The position numbers were made by a program, and so were the translations under genes. The notes below the pieces were generated by a model, which did no database searches, was not told the DNA's origin, and saw only the letters and a program-made list of their open reading frames with translations. From an uncultured bacterium (GTDB lineage Bacteria > Patescibacteriota > Minisyncoccia > Phycocordibacterales > UBA9973), in NCBI GenBank assembly GCA_903869825.1, contig CAIQAL010000016.1, positions 34,269 through 98,268 of the forward strand: a DNA stretch of 64,000 bases, in the 5' to 3' direction. Positions 9,976 to 20,413 of the stretch are shown in pieces (position 1 is the first letter of the stretch; each line of letters begins with the position of its first letter).

Positions 9976-11640
9976 TTATATTGTACTTGATATTTCAACA
10001 ATCCTCAAACGAAGTTCTTCCCGTCCTCGAAAGTGGGAGAGATCGAATGTTGCCATTAGATTTATCTTTTTTCCTTCGGCGATTACCGTGTTAAATGACT
10101 CACAAGTTGAGAAAAAAGAAACTGCTTTCGCTTTGTTATTCTTTTCGTCTGAAAAAGTAATCTCGAGATGTTCCTCGGAACCATTCTTCCCAAATTTTTT
10201 TATGTTCCCCACTTTAATTTGCGAGAACAGAAAAACAGGCTTCGGGTTACCGATACCAAACGGCGCCAACTTCTCTACTTCCCGGTAGTTTTTCATATTC
10301 ACAAAAGAAAGGTCGGCTACTTGAATGGAGCAAGCACTACTTCCAATTTTTTCTTTTTGCTTCAGCTTATTATAAAAATCAGAAAGCACTTCTTCAAGTT
10401 TGTGTATTTTTTCATCAAGCACTGTAAAACCTCCCGCTCCATCATGTCCACCGTATTCTTTAAAATGTTCCTTAGCCCCCGCCATTAGTTCAACCACCGA
10501 AATTAACCCATCGGAGCGACATGAACCTTTAATGGAATCATTCTCATCTCTGCCCCAAACAAAAACTGGTTTCTGGTACTCGTCGGCAATTTTTCCCGCT
10601 ACAAGCCCGAGCACTCCGACCCGCCACTTTGGATTACCAATAACAATCACTTCCCCCTGCTCTCTGCCTTCAAATTTTTTCTTCACTTCGCGCATCATTC
10701 CTGCCACAATTAATTTTCTTTCATCGTTTATTTTTGTTAAGTGAGCAGCCAAGGTTCCTGCCTCGACTTCGTCTTTGGTTACCAAAAGTTCATATGCCCG
10801 CATTGGATCATCCATCCGGGAGGCGGCATTTAATCTAGGCACTACCATAAACCCAATGTCGTCTTCAGTGATATATCTTTGGTCAATATTCATTTTGGCC
10901 AAAAGTTTTTGAAGTCCGGGACGAGGAGATTTTCTTAAAACCTTCATTCCAAAACTCGCGATTAATCTGTTCTCTCCCAACAGTGGCACCATATCTGAAA
11001 GTGTTGCGAGTCCTGCCATATCAAGTAACCACTTTTCCCAACCTTCGTTTATCTCAAAAAATTCTCCATATTTTTTTACAAAGGCTTGAGCAAGTTTGAA
11101 AACAACCCCGGCGCCACACAACATTTTCTCCGGATAGTTATCTACTTTGGGATTTAAGATTGCATATGCTCGAGGCAAGACCTCCGGTGGCACGTGATGG
11201 TCAGTAATTATTGTTTCAATTCCATCCACTTCCGCCTGGGCAACTTCCGCCACCGCCGTAATTCCAAGATCAATGGTAATCAATAATTTTATTCCTTTAC
11301 CTGCAAATTCTTTTATTGCATCCATGTTGAGTCCATAGCCTTCCGAATTTCTCATCGGAATGTAGACTTCAAAATTTTTATAACCAACTTTTTCAAATAA
11401 ATCCACCAAAATAACCGCCCCAGGAATCCCATCGCAATCATAATCGGAATAAATAATTATTTTTTCTTCTGCCTCCATTGCTTCATATATCCGAACACAG
11501 ACACGCTCCATGTCCCGCATTAAAAATGGGTCATTCATCTCCAAATCATAATTTGGGTTCAAAAATTTTTCAGCTTCGGCTCCATTTTCAATTCCTCGAT
11601 TTTTCAAAAGTGTTTGAAGTAGTTCGGAGTATTTTTCCAT
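9976..11640 (-). CDS. recJ: Single-stranded-DNA-specific exonuclease RecJ
   Basis: 554 aa with DHH family motifs (IIIYSDYDCDGI, ITDHH) and a DHHA1-like C-terminus. Confidence 0.85.
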   Translation of the reverse strand: MEKYSELLQTLLKNRGIENGAEAEKFLNPNYDLEMNDPFLMRDMERVCVRIYEAMEAEEKIIIYSDYDCDGIPGAVILVDLFEKVGYKNFEVYIPMRNSEGYGLNMDAIKEFAGKGIKLLITIDLGITAVAEVAQAEVDGIETIITDHHVPPEVLPRAYAILNPKVDNYPEKMLCGAGVVFKLAQAFVKKYGEFFEINEGWEKWLLDMAGLATLSDMVPLLGENRLIASFGMKVLRKSPRPGLQKLLAKMNIDQRYITEDDIGFMVVPRLNAASRMDDPMRAYELLVTKDEVEAGTLAAHLTKINDERKLIVAGMMREVKKKFEGREQGEVIVIGNPKWRVGVLGLVAGKIADEYQKPVFVWGRDENDSIKGSCRSDGLISVVELMAGAKEHFKEYGGHDGAGGFTVLDEKIHKLEEVLSDFYNKLKQKEKIGSSACSIQVADLSFVNMKNYREVEKLAPFGIGNPKPVFLFSQIKVGNIKKFGKNGSEEHLEITFSDEKNNKAKAVSFFSTCESFNTVIAEGKKINLMATFDLSHFRGREELRLRIVEISSTI

Positions 11641-11675
11641 AAAAAAAGTATAGCATACTTGAATTTATGTCTCCT

Positions 11676-11703
11676 TTGACATATGCAAGATATTTGGTAT
11701 AAT
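11676..11703 (+). promoter_or_regulatory. Sigma70-type promoter
   Basis: TTGACA (11676-81), a 16-nt spacer, then TATAAT (11698-703) with an upstream TG. It sits about 70 nt upstream of the 11773 ORF. Confidence 0.55.
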
Positions 11704-11746
11704 GAATTTGAAGTCAAAGTTTGTTCTTTGATTCGTTTATCCACAG

Positions 11747-11755
11747 AGTATTAAT
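11747..11755 (+). promoter_or_regulatory. DnaA box 9-mer TTATCCACA
   Basis: Exact consensus 9-mer in the leader of the 11773 ORF. Confidence 0.4.
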
Positions 11756-11772
11756 TTTTAAAAAAAACCAGT

Positions 11773-12123
11773 ATGAGTAAGCCTTTGGTTGATTCGGTTG
11801 ATTCAACAAAAAAACCTGCTGAAAAAGCAATCCTCGGGATTCATGTTCCTGCTACTCTGCCCGCAAATGGGCCACTCGAAAAAGGAATTCTTTACAGACT
11901 TCCAAGAAAAGAGTCAGTAAAGATAACCGTTACGCCCGCAAAGGGAAAATCATTTGAAAAAACTATTGAAGTAGAGGTGGCCAGGGTACAAAGAATAATT
12001 CCTGGAGGATATCTACTTTGTGGACCAAAAGCAGGAGATGGAAAATGCAACAAAAGGCATTCGTTCACTCTCACCAGGAGGGAAGTGCAAGAACTCCAGG
12101 CACTTGTGTCTTCTGAAAACTGA
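11773..12123 (+). CDS. Hypothetical protein (116 aa)
   Basis: ORF bracketed by a strong promoter and a canonical terminator. No recognisable motif. Confidence 0.5.
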   Translation: MSKPLVDSVDSTKKPAEKAILGIHVPATLPANGPLEKGILYRLPRKESVKITVTPAKGKSFEKTIEVEVARVQRIIPGGYLLCGPKAGDGKCNKRHSFTLTRREVQELQALVSSEN

Positions 12124-12154
12124 TAATAATAAATATAATTTTAATAATGACATG

Positions 12155-12182
12155 AGGATGTAAGGACATCCTCTTTTTTTAT
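12155..12182 (+). terminator. Rho-independent terminator
   Basis: Stem AGGATGT / ACATCCT with loop AAGG, followed by CTTTTTTTTATT. Confidence 0.7.
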
Positions 12183-12208
12183 TCCCAAATTTTTGCTATA
12201 TTTGAGAT

Positions 12209-12601
12209 ATGGAAAACTGTATTTTTTGTAAAATCGCGAGCGGTGAAATTCCTTCAAGTAAAATTTATGAAGATAAAGATTTTTTTGTATTTCTCGATAT
12301 TCACCCGGTTTCCGACGGACACCTTTTGATAATTCCTAAAAAACATTCTGTCTGGATGTGGGAAACTGATGATACGACTGTTGCCAATATTTTTGTCTTG
12401 GCAAAAAAAATTATGTTAGCTTTAAAAAAGGGGTTACCTTGCGACTATGTTCAACTCTCTGTTGTCGGCAATGAAGTTCCTCACTTTCACGTGCATTTGA
12501 TTCCGAGACATGAAGGAGATAATTTTAAAAATTTCCCAACCAAAGAATACCAAGAAGGCCAAACAACCGAACTAATAGAAAAAATTACTCGAGCGCTTTA
12601 A
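12209..12601 (+). CDS. HIT-family (histidine triad) hydrolase
   Basis: 130 aa with the HFHVHLIP histidine triad. Confidence 0.8.
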   Translation: MENCIFCKIASGEIPSSKIYEDKDFFVFLDIHPVSDGHLLIIPKKHSVWMWETDDTTVANIFVLAKKIMLALKKGLPCDYVQLSVVGNEVPHFHVHLIPRHEGDNFKNFPTKEYQEGQTTELIEKITRAL

Positions 12602-13799
12602 GAGCGGGTAATTCTTTCCCAGCTAAAAACTCAAGAGTAGCTCCTCCGGCCAAACTAATATGAGAATAATTTTCTAAATTTCCATTTTTTCGAAAAGTAT
12701 CTATCGTATCTCCTCCAGCAATAATTGTTTCTCCAACAACCTCTTTCATTGCATCAATTACTGTTTGGGAACCTGGTAAAAATCTTGAGTCTCCAGCTTT
12801 GCCCATCGGGCCATTTATAAAAACTGTTTTCGACTTCAAAATAATATCGTAGAATTTTTTTCTTGTTTCCGGACCAATATCAAGAGCCATCCATTCGCTT
12901 GGTACTCCCTCCTTCGTAATATCAATTATTTTTGTTTCCTTCCCATCAGAAATAACTACATCAGTAGGAATAATCACTTCTTTACCAAGGGATTCCGCCA
13001 ACGACAGAATGGACTTGGCTTCCTCTACCCAATCTTTTTTTTCGCGTTTTACTTTGTCGACAAAAACATCTTCAACAAAAGAACTTCCAAGTTCTCTACC
13101 TTGTGCTTTCAAAAAAACATTCGCCACTGCTCCCCCAACCAAAATCGTGTCCGCCATTTTTAGCAAATTACGAATTGCTTCAACCTTATCGGAAATTTTT
13201 GCCCCCCCAATTATCACCGTAAATGGCCTCCCGGGATTTTCCAACAAACCCGAGAGCATCGCCACTTCTTTTTCCAAATATAGTCCTGCGACTGCCGGCA
13301 GATGTCTTTCAATTCCTGTAGTTGAAGAATGCATCCGGTGTGCTTGGGGAAAACCATCAAAAACAATCAAATCTTTTCCTTCGCAAAGTTCTTTCGAGAA
13401 AGCATCGTCATCCGTCATTTCTTCGGCATGAAACCGCACGTTTTCAAGCATTAAAATATCACCCGACTTCATTTCTGAAATCTTCTCAGCAATTACAGAG
13501 CCAATACAATCATCAACTTTTTCTACCGGCTTGTTTAACAATTCAGAAAGTCTCTTTGCGTGAGGATTGGTTTTAAATTTTTCCACTATTTTCCCGTCAG
13601 GCCGACCCACATAAAATAAGATTACGATTTTACAATTTTCTTTTAATAAATATTCCAAGGTTGGTAAAGTCGCCCGGATACGCATATCATCGGAAACTTC
13701 CAAGACCCCATTTTTTTCTATCACATCAATATCATAAGGAGCACGGTAAAGAATCGTTTTTTCTGTAACCTCCATCTCCTTTAAATTTCTTAATTTCAT
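12585..13799 (-). CDS. pgk: Phosphoglycerate kinase
   Basis: 404 aa. The N-terminal substrate-binding region (RIRATLPTLEYL, YVGRPDG) and the Gly-rich nucleotide loop are typical of PGK. Confidence 0.85.
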   Translation of the reverse strand: MKLRNLKEMEVTEKTILYRAPYDIDVIEKNGVLEVSDDMRIRATLPTLEYLLKENCKIVILFYVGRPDGKIVEKFKTNPHAKRLSELLNKPVEKVDDCIGSVIAEKISEMKSGDILMLENVRFHAEEMTDDDAFSKELCEGKDLIVFDGFPQAHRMHSSTTGIERHLPAVAGLYLEKEVAMLSGLLENPGRPFTVIIGGAKISDKVEAIRNLLKMADTILVGGAVANVFLKAQGRELGSSFVEDVFVDKVKREKKDWVEEAKSILSLAESLGKEVIIPTDVVISDGKETKIIDITKEGVPSEWMALDIGPETRKKFYDIILKSKTVFINGPMGKAGDSRFLPGSQTVIDAMKEVVGETIIAGGDTIDTFRKNGNLENYSHISLAGGATLEFLAGKELPALKALE

Positions 13800-13802
13800 A
13801 TA

Positions 13803-14558
13803 TTACAAACTTTCCGCTATTTTAATAATTTCTGAAAACTTCTCAGGGTTCAAGCTCGCCGCACCGGTTAATACCCCCTCCGCTCCCCCGTCCTTCAGGA
13901 ATCCTAAAACACTTTTTTCATTTACGGAACCACCGTAAATAATTCTAGGCATTTTTGTTTTGACACCAAACTTATCAGATAAAATCTTTTTGATAAAAAT
14001 CACCATTTCGTGCGAATCAGCCGGAGTTGCATCTCTTCGTTCTAGGGTAGTAGAGAGGGCCCACACTGGCTCATAAGCAATCACCAATTTTCCAAGCGAC
14101 TCTTTATTTATCCCGTTCAAGCATTCTTTAACCTGTGTTTTCACCACTTCAAAATACTCGTGGTTTTCATCCCGCTCCGTTTCTCCCACGCAGACTATTG
14201 GCTTCAGCCCAAAAAAGAGTGCTGCTTTAATTTTTTTATTTATCTCAGCATTTGTTTCCCCAAGCTTCCGTCTTTCCGAGTGTCCAATAATCACATACTC
14301 TGCTTTGAGATTGACCAACATTGGGGCGGAAATTTCTCCAGTAAAAGCCCCTCGCTCTTCATAAAAAACATCTTGAGCACCGAGTTTAAATTTCTTAGAA
14401 ATTTTATTCAATTTCTCCAAGTACAAAAAAGGCGGGCAAACTACTACTTCGATTTTTTTGAAATTACTTTTATTTGCAACCTTGGTGAGTAGTGCTTCCG
14501 CTTCTTTGAGAGATACCGGATTCATTTTCCAATTAGCAACAATAATTTTTTTAGACAT
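13803..14558 (-). CDS. tpiA: Triosephosphate isomerase
   Basis: 251 aa with IVANWKMN, IIGHSERR and AYEPVWA motifs. Confidence 0.9.
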   Translation of the reverse strand: MSKKIIVANWKMNPVSLKEAEALLTKVANKSNFKKIEVVVCPPFLYLEKLNKISKKFKLGAQDVFYEERGAFTGEISAPMLVNLKAEYVIIGHSERRKLGETNAEINKKIKAALFFGLKPIVCVGETERDENHEYFEVVKTQVKECLNGINKESLGKLVIAYEPVWALSTTLERRDATPADSHEMVIFIKKILSDKFGVKTKMPRIIYGGSVNEKSVLGFLKDGGAEGVLTGAASLNPEKFSEIIKIAESL

Positions 14559-14577
14559 ATTTATATCTTAGCATATC

Positions 14578-15903
14578 CTAATTTGTTTCTTTCCAGCCTG
14601 CCAAACCCCAGCCACCTGATGGACCACTTTGGAATTCCGGGCTCGCCAATCCTTGGTCATAACTTACCGTACTTCCCCCTGTTACCGAGATAGTTTTCCC
14701 GGTCGCAGAATTTATTGTGATTCCTCCGCTTAGGGCAACCTTTCCTGATTGAGCACACACTGCGATTGCTCCAGATCCTGCAGTAACAGTTAGCGCATTA
14801 TTGTTGCTACCAGACAAACCACAACCTGAACTACTTCCAGAACAAGTATTCGTGGTGACCACAAAAAGATAACTCCCTGGTGCTCCGGAACCAGTGTAAC
14901 TGCCTCCACTTAAGACAACTTGGCCATCAGTAACAATGGTTGCGCTGTATTGGTTAAAATTTGATGGCAATTTGATTGAGCCTCCTCCTGAAACCGTTAT
15001 CGTCCCCATTACATAGATAGTCCCCGTCAAAGTAAGAGTTCCCCCACCGTCAACAACCAGGTTCCCGGTTATTTTACCTGGACCGAAAGTGGCATTCGCC
15101 CAATCAACGTGACAATTACCACCACTGTATCCGCCGTGACAATTTGTAGCACCAGTAATTATCCCACCGGCTGTTCCTTCCGCTTTCCATTCATTAATAT
15201 TTTCATCAGTAAAAGGCATATCAATCGCTGGTGGAATTCCTTTCGAGGTATTACAAACTTTATTTGTGTTAGCTTTTACTTGGCAATACAAATTACCAGC
15301 CACATTTGCCCCGACCACTTTGTATGCCCAGGCATCACCCACCCCCGATGTCCCAATCGTTACCGGATCATTTGGATTCGCATTATCTCCGATAAAGGAA
15401 GCGCCTCCGGCAGCAATCGCCGTGCCGGTTATTTTGTTGTTAGCTTGAATGTTCCCGTTTGAATAGACATTTCCAATAATTTTAGATCCTCCGTCAAGAA
15501 TAAACCCACCATTCCCGGATTGAATTCCGTAATTGAATCCAACCCCGGCTCCTTCTTGGAGAATCATATCTACCTTTCTTTGAAAATTTTTAACACTTCC
15601 GAGAGAAATTATTTCTTTCTGATTAACGGTAGTAGTAATGTTAGTGGTAGTAGTATTTGAATCAAGCGTAATCGTTTCACTAGTTCCAATATTTTTACCA
15701 GCTAAAATACGATACATCGCATCTTCCGCCCCAGACTCAGACAAAAAGTACGATTTTTTTGAATTTAAATTTTCTGCAACAGATTGTACTTCTCGTACTG
15801 AAGGAGAGACTAATCCTGAAATAATTGCCAAAGAAATGAAAAGAAAAAAGACTACCATTATCAACATCGCTGCCCCGCCATTTGTTTTTATTTTTTGTTT
15901 CAT
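14578..15903 (-). CDS. Gly/Thr-rich secreted protein with an N-terminal transmembrane anchor, associated with the pilus operon
   Basis: 441 aa. The N-terminal hydrophobic segment KTNGGAAMLIMVVFFLF resembles a degenerate prepilin leader lacking Glu at +5. The remainder is Gly/Thr/Asn-rich (beta-rich, adhesin-like). It is the last gene of the pilB-pilC-pilin array. Confidence 0.5.
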   Translation of the reverse strand: MKQKIKTNGGAAMLIMVVFFLFISLAIISGLVSPSVREVQSVAENLNSKKSYFLSESGAEDAMYRILAGKNIGTSETITLDSNTTTTNITTTVNQKEIISLGSVKNFQRKVDMILQEGAGVGFNYGIQSGNGGFILDGGSKIIGNVYSNGNIQANNKITGTAIAAGGASFIGDNANPNDPVTIGTSGVGDAWAYKVVGANVAGNLYCQVKANTNKVCNTSKGIPPAIDMPFTDENINEWKAEGTAGGIITGATNCHGGYSGGNCHVDWANATFGPGKITGNLVVDGGGTLTLTGTIYVMGTITVSGGGSIKLPSNFNQYSATIVTDGQVVLSGGSYTGSGAPGSYLFVVTTNTCSGSSSGCGLSGSNNNALTVTAGSGAIAVCAQSGKVALSGGITINSATGKTISVTGGSTVSYDQGLASPEFQSGPSGGWGLAGWKETN

Positions 15904-15912
15904 TTTTTTTAA

Positions 15913-16419
15913 TTAATAACTTCCCCGTAAAACAACAGTATCATAAAAATCAAAATTCCTCGTCTGAACGTCATCTGCCGCCTGAATAGTAAGAACAATC
16001 TTCAATGCTTGCCCGTTTGGGTCCGTCAATTGAGTAAAGGTAAGACTTTGCACTTTTATGTTCGGGCCATTCAAATTACCGGCAACGGTACTATTTTCAA
16101 GTAGACTGATGTTATTTCCCGTGAAGTTAAACTCAACGGTTTTATTTGCTCCAGCATCATCTTTTGTGTCGAGCTTCAAATAGTTCGTGCCCGTAAGAGT
16201 CTCAATATGGTATGCCCCTCTTATTTCACGGGAAATTCTTTCCAATATTTCTGAGGCCTGTGCAATTTCTCTTTGCACTTTTGTTTCTTTAAAAGATTTA
16301 GTCATCACAATCATCGCATTAATTACCGCAATCGAAACTATGACAAAAATAACAACATAAAAAAGAGTTTCAATAATCGAGGCTCCCTTATTCAATTGTT
16401 TATTTTTTTTACTAGTCAT
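15913..16419 (-). CDS. Type IV minor pilin / pseudopilin
   Basis: Prepilin leader ...KG|ASIIETLFYVVIFVIV with Glu at +5. Confidence 0.7.
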   Translation of the reverse strand: MTSKKNKQLNKGASIIETLFYVVIFVIVSIAVINAMIVMTKSFKETKVQREIAQASEILERISREIRGAYHIETLTGTNYLKLDTKDDAGANKTVEFNFTGNNISLLENSTVAGNLNGPNIKVQSLTFTQLTDPNGQALKIVLTIQAADDVQTRNFDFYDTVVLRGSY

Positions 16420-16898
16420 TAAAAAATATTTAATATGTAAAACTTCAAGTATTTAGACATCGTTTGGCCACCTTCGACCCAAGAAACAGTCACCGTTATA
16501 AGTTTTGTCCCTGGGTCATCTGTACCACTCCCTGAAATATCATCAGTCCCAGCGACTCGATTCACTGCTGCAATATTTATTTTCCTTGTAAAAATACCAA
16601 CCTGCGAACTGGTCGTGGGTAAAGTCCAAGCCCCAGCGGAATAAGTTGGATAATAGGAAGTAGCCGTATTTAAGCTTGAAATATTTGTCCAGTTTGTATC
16701 TCGAATAATTCTAACTGCTTCCGCTCCTTCCTCTAAAAGAAAATTCGCTTGAGTCATATGGAGCGCTTGTTTAGACACGCTGATTGCTCGGTTTGAAACC
16801 GCCATGCAAGCAAAAATGGATGTGGTAATAATCGCAATCGCTACTACCACTTCGACCATCATAAATCCATTATTCTTTTTTTTAAATAAATTTTTCAC
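16419..16898 (-). CDS. Type IV minor pilin / pseudopilin
   Basis: Prepilin leader ...NG|FMMVEVVVAIAII with Glu at +5. Confidence 0.7.
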   Translation of the reverse strand: MKNLFKKKNNGFMMVEVVVAIAIITTSIFACMAVSNRAISVSKQALHMTQANFLLEEGAEAVRIIRDTNWTNISSLNTATSYYPTYSAGAWTLPTTSSQVGIFTRKINIAAVNRVAGTDDISGSGTDDPGTKLITVTVSWVEGGQTMSKYLKFYILNIF

Positions 16899-16900
16899 TT

Positions 16901-17368
16901 TTAATTTACACTAAGCGACCCGGTAGCTGAAATAGTAATCGTCTTTGTTAAATTGGAATCTCCGGCAATCGAAACCACTACTGAGCCATTTTTATTGGGC
17001 GTGCCACTTTGCCGATTAAAGTAAAAATCAGTGCCCCCTCCTGATAAGCTTATGGTTGAAATACTTGCAGGAGAAATAATGTCTATTATTTCATTATTTG
17101 CATCATTAGACACATAAGAAGTCCCTCTAAAAATTATAATCTTATCAACCTGAAAATGAATACCGTAATTGTATGAATCAAGCGAAGCCAGAGTTTCAGA
17201 CTTCGCTTTATTTGAAGCAGAGATAATATCTTCTGAAGCATTTTTTAAAACTTGAGTTTGTTTTATCTTGACCAGCTGCGGGTACACAACCCTTGCCAGA
17301 ATTCCAACGACTGCGATTACAATTATAATTTCCAAAATCGTTATTCCTTTTTTGTAAAAATTTTTCAT
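16901..17368 (-). CDS. Type IV pilin (probable major pilin)
   Basis: Prepilin leader MKNFYKKG|ITILEIIIVIAVVGILA. It is the first pilin after pilC. Confidence 0.7.
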   Translation of the reverse strand: MKNFYKKGITILEIIIVIAVVGILARVVYPQLVKIKQTQVLKNASEDIISASNKAKSETLASLDSYNYGIHFQVDKIIIFRGTSYVSNDANNEIIDIISPASISTISLSGGGTDFYFNRQSGTPNKNGSVVVSIAGDSNLTKTITISATGSLSVN

Positions 17369-18585
17369 TATTTTATATTATTCATCACCGAGTAAAGCGG
17401 AGTAATTATAGAAAGTGCAAAAAAGCCAACCGCACTTCCAATTATAATCATCAAAAATGGTTCAATAATTGTCGAAAGATTTTTGGTTCTACTCTCGATT
17501 TCTTCTTCATAAAACAATGCAACTTGCAGAAGCATGTCTGAAAGCTTTCCTGTTTCTTCTCCTACCTGTACCATCTCCGCCATCATTACCGGGTACAATT
17601 TAGGGCTAGAAATAAAAACTTCGGAAAAAGGAGCCCCTTTCTCAATCGCGGTTTTTGCTTCCTTCAAAACATTTTTGTAGTAAACATTCTGAACCACATT
17701 TTCGGTAATTTCAATTGATCTGACAATCGGAACTCCAGATAAAAGAAGTGAAGAAATCGTGCGAGCAGTCCTGGCAGTGTTCAATTCTTTTGCCATATTG
17801 CCGATTGCCGGAATTTGAAGAACGATATAGTCAACATACTTCGCCAAAAAACTAGCTCTTGCCAAACACCACATTCCCCCAACAAATATGATAATGAAAG
17901 TTAGTGCCAAGATTAAATGATGAGAAAAAAAATCTCCTAAAAAAATAATAAATTTTGTCGAAGCAGGCAAAGCGGCTCCCACGTCTTTAAATGTCTTGGC
18001 AAGCGTCGGCACCACGAATGCAAGCATCAATATTCCAATCAATACCATGGCCGAAAGAATGACCGCTGGATAAATCAGCGCTCCTTTTACTTTTTTTGTT
18101 AAAGCATGGGATTTTTCCAAGTTTGCCCCTACTTCCGATAGCGCTCCAGCTAAATTTCCTGATTCTTCTCCTGCTTGAACCATCGATACGAATAATTTTG
18201 AAAAAATATTTGGATATTTTGCCAGTCCCGACGACAACGTTCCTCCAGAATTTATTTCATCCCCAAAAGCAGTTAAGACTTCGTTAAATTTTTGATTTTT
18301 TGTTTGTTTTTTTAAAACGGATATTGCTCTAGAGAGAGAAAGACCGGCTTTTATCATTCCGCTTAAATTTTTTGTGAAAATAATTTGGTCTTGCACCCCA
18401 ACTTTTCCAAAAATTTTCTGAAACACTTTGTCTACACTAAAAATATTTTCCTTTTGTTCCCAAATATGAGTAGGAACACTCCCTCGTGAACGAAGTTCCC
18501 GAGAAAGGGCAAACTTATCGACTGATTCGAGAACTCCTTCAATTACTTTCCCTTCCTTTGTTTTTGCTTTGTAAAAAAAATTCAT
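17368..18585 (-). CDS. pilC: Type IV pilus assembly platform protein PilC (GspF family)
   Basis: 405 aa with two GspF-type repeats and three transmembrane segments. Sits between pilB and the pilins. Confidence 0.8.
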   Translation of the reverse strand: MNFFYKAKTKEGKVIEGVLESVDKFALSRELRSRGSVPTHIWEQKENIFSVDKVFQKIFGKVGVQDQIIFTKNLSGMIKAGLSLSRAISVLKKQTKNQKFNEVLTAFGDEINSGGTLSSGLAKYPNIFSKLFVSMVQAGEESGNLAGALSEVGANLEKSHALTKKVKGALIYPAVILSAMVLIGILMLAFVVPTLAKTFKDVGAALPASTKFIIFLGDFFSHHLILALTFIIIFVGGMWCLARASFLAKYVDYIVLQIPAIGNMAKELNTARTARTISSLLLSGVPIVRSIEITENVVQNVYYKNVLKEAKTAIEKGAPFSEVFISSPKLYPVMMAEMVQVGEETGKLSDMLLQVALFYEEEIESRTKNLSTIIEPFLMIIIGSAVGFFALSIITPLYSVMNNIK

Positions 18586-18599
18586 ATTTTTTAAAACCT

Positions 18600-20348
18600 T
18601 TACTCCGAAACTACTCGCAATACTTCTTCCAAGGAAGTATATCCTTCCACCGCTTTTAGGATACCATCTTCGAGCATTGTAGACATTCCTTCTTTCTTTG
18701 CTTGTTCTTCTATTTGGTCTTGAGAACTACCCCGAATAATTAACTCTTTAATACTGGAAGTCACCTTTAGTACTTCATGAATTCCAATGCGACCCGAATA
18801 TCCCAAATTATTGTCACTCCCTTTAACCGGCTTATAAAAAGGAACTTCTGCCCAAGTATCTTTTGGACCAATTGCTTTTTCAGTTTTAAGGAGAGCTAGC
18901 ACTCTTTCTAGATTAACAATTTTCTCCAAATTTTTTAACTCCGCATCGATTAAAAAATATTTTTCTTTCTCAGCAGTAAGTTTTCGAACAAGTCTCTGAG
19001 CGATAATAGTTTTGACGGTTGAAATTAATAAAAATGGTTCCACTTTCATATCAATCAATCTTGGGATAGCCCCAGCGGCCGAGTTCGTATGAATGGTCGA
19101 AAGTACCAAGTGCCCGGTTAGTGATGCATTCACCGCGAGGGCTGCTGTTTCGGTATCCCGGATTTCTCCAACCATTATTATATCGGGGTCTTGTCGAAGA
19201 AGAGTACGTAAGCCGTTGGCAAAAGTCATCCCGATTTCTGAGCGAACCTGAGTTTGATTTACTCTTGGCATCTGATACTCGATTGGGTCTTCAATGGTTG
19301 AAATATTTACTTCCGGACGATTTAAAATATCAAGCATCGTATATAGCGTAGTGGTTTTACCTGAACCAGTTGGACCAGTTGCTAAAATCATACCAATTTT
19401 TTGTTTCAAAGATTCATGAATTCTTTCCAAACCTTCACCGTGAAAACCAATCGTTTCAAGAGAAAGGCCATGAGAATTTTCTTTCAAAATTCTTATAACC
19501 GTTTTTTCTCCATAATAAGTCGGTAAGGTTGAAACACGAAAAGAAATTTTTTCACCATTCTGCTCTATTTTAAATCTTCCGTCCTGGGGCAATCTTTTTT
19601 CGTCCAATTTTAAATTTGAAAGAACTTTGATACGGGCAGTGATCCCTGGCGCAGCATTCTTATCCAAAATCATCGCGTCGTGCAATATTCCATCGATTCG
19701 ATACCGAACAGTCAATTCTGTTTCTCCCGGTTCGATATGAATATCGGAAGCATTTTGCAAAATTGCATGGAAGACAAGTGAGTCAACAATCTTCACCACC
19801 GGCAAATCTTCCGCCATTTCTTTTAACTCTTCTTCCGATTTTTCTCCTTCATCTTTTGAAACTGTTTTTATTGAAGAAGTCTCTTTTTGGATAATGTTAT
19901 CGAACTCCGCTTGTAAGCTTTTCCTATATAGCACCAGGGCTGACTTGATAGAATTTGAGTCAGTAAGGCGTGGTAAAATTTTTAAACCGGATCTTTTTTT
20001 AATAAAATCAGTTACTGCAATATCATCTACGTCGAGCATTGCAACTTCAAGTCCTGTATCACTTTTTTTATATGCAATAATATTATGATTTCGTGCAATT
20101 GGTTCCGGTATTAGCGAAAGAATCGCAATATCTATTTTTTGATTGGCTAAGTTTACAAAAGGAATCCCAAGAACGAATGCTTCCATTCTCCTTAAGTCTG
20201 CTTCGGAAATTTTTCCACTCGAAAGCAAGACGTCTCCGAACTTTTGTTTTTTTTCTTTGGCTATTTTTACCGCTTCTTCCAAATCATCCCGAGAAATAAG
20301 TTTTGACTCAAGGATAAATTTTTTTAATTGATCTTCGTCAATTTCCAT
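18600..20348 (-). CDS. pilB: Type IV pilus assembly ATPase PilB (GspE family)
   Basis: 582 aa with Walker A LATGPTGSGKTTTLY, Asp/His boxes and an N-terminal GSPII-type domain. Confidence 0.85.
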   Translation of the reverse strand: MEIDEDQLKKFILESKLISRDDLEEAVKIAKEKKQKFGDVLLSSGKISEADLRRMEAFVLGIPFVNLANQKIDIAILSLIPEPIARNHNIIAYKKSDTGLEVAMLDVDDIAVTDFIKKRSGLKILPRLTDSNSIKSALVLYRKSLQAEFDNIIQKETSSIKTVSKDEGEKSEEELKEMAEDLPVVKIVDSLVFHAILQNASDIHIEPGETELTVRYRIDGILHDAMILDKNAAPGITARIKVLSNLKLDEKRLPQDGRFKIEQNGEKISFRVSTLPTYYGEKTVIRILKENSHGLSLETIGFHGEGLERIHESLKQKIGMILATGPTGSGKTTTLYTMLDILNRPEVNISTIEDPIEYQMPRVNQTQVRSEIGMTFANGLRTLLRQDPDIIMVGEIRDTETAALAVNASLTGHLVLSTIHTNSAAGAIPRLIDMKVEPFLLISTVKTIIAQRLVRKLTAEKEKYFLIDAELKNLEKIVNLERVLALLKTEKAIGPKDTWAEVPFYKPVKGSDNNLGYSGRIGIHEVLKVTSSIKELIIRGSSQDQIEEQAKKEGMSTMLEDGILKAVEGYTSLEEVLRVVSE

Positions 20349-20413
20349 ATATACAGTATACCAAAAAATTCCCTAGTTAGGGAATTTTTTGGTACGTAAA
20401 TTATAAATAATTT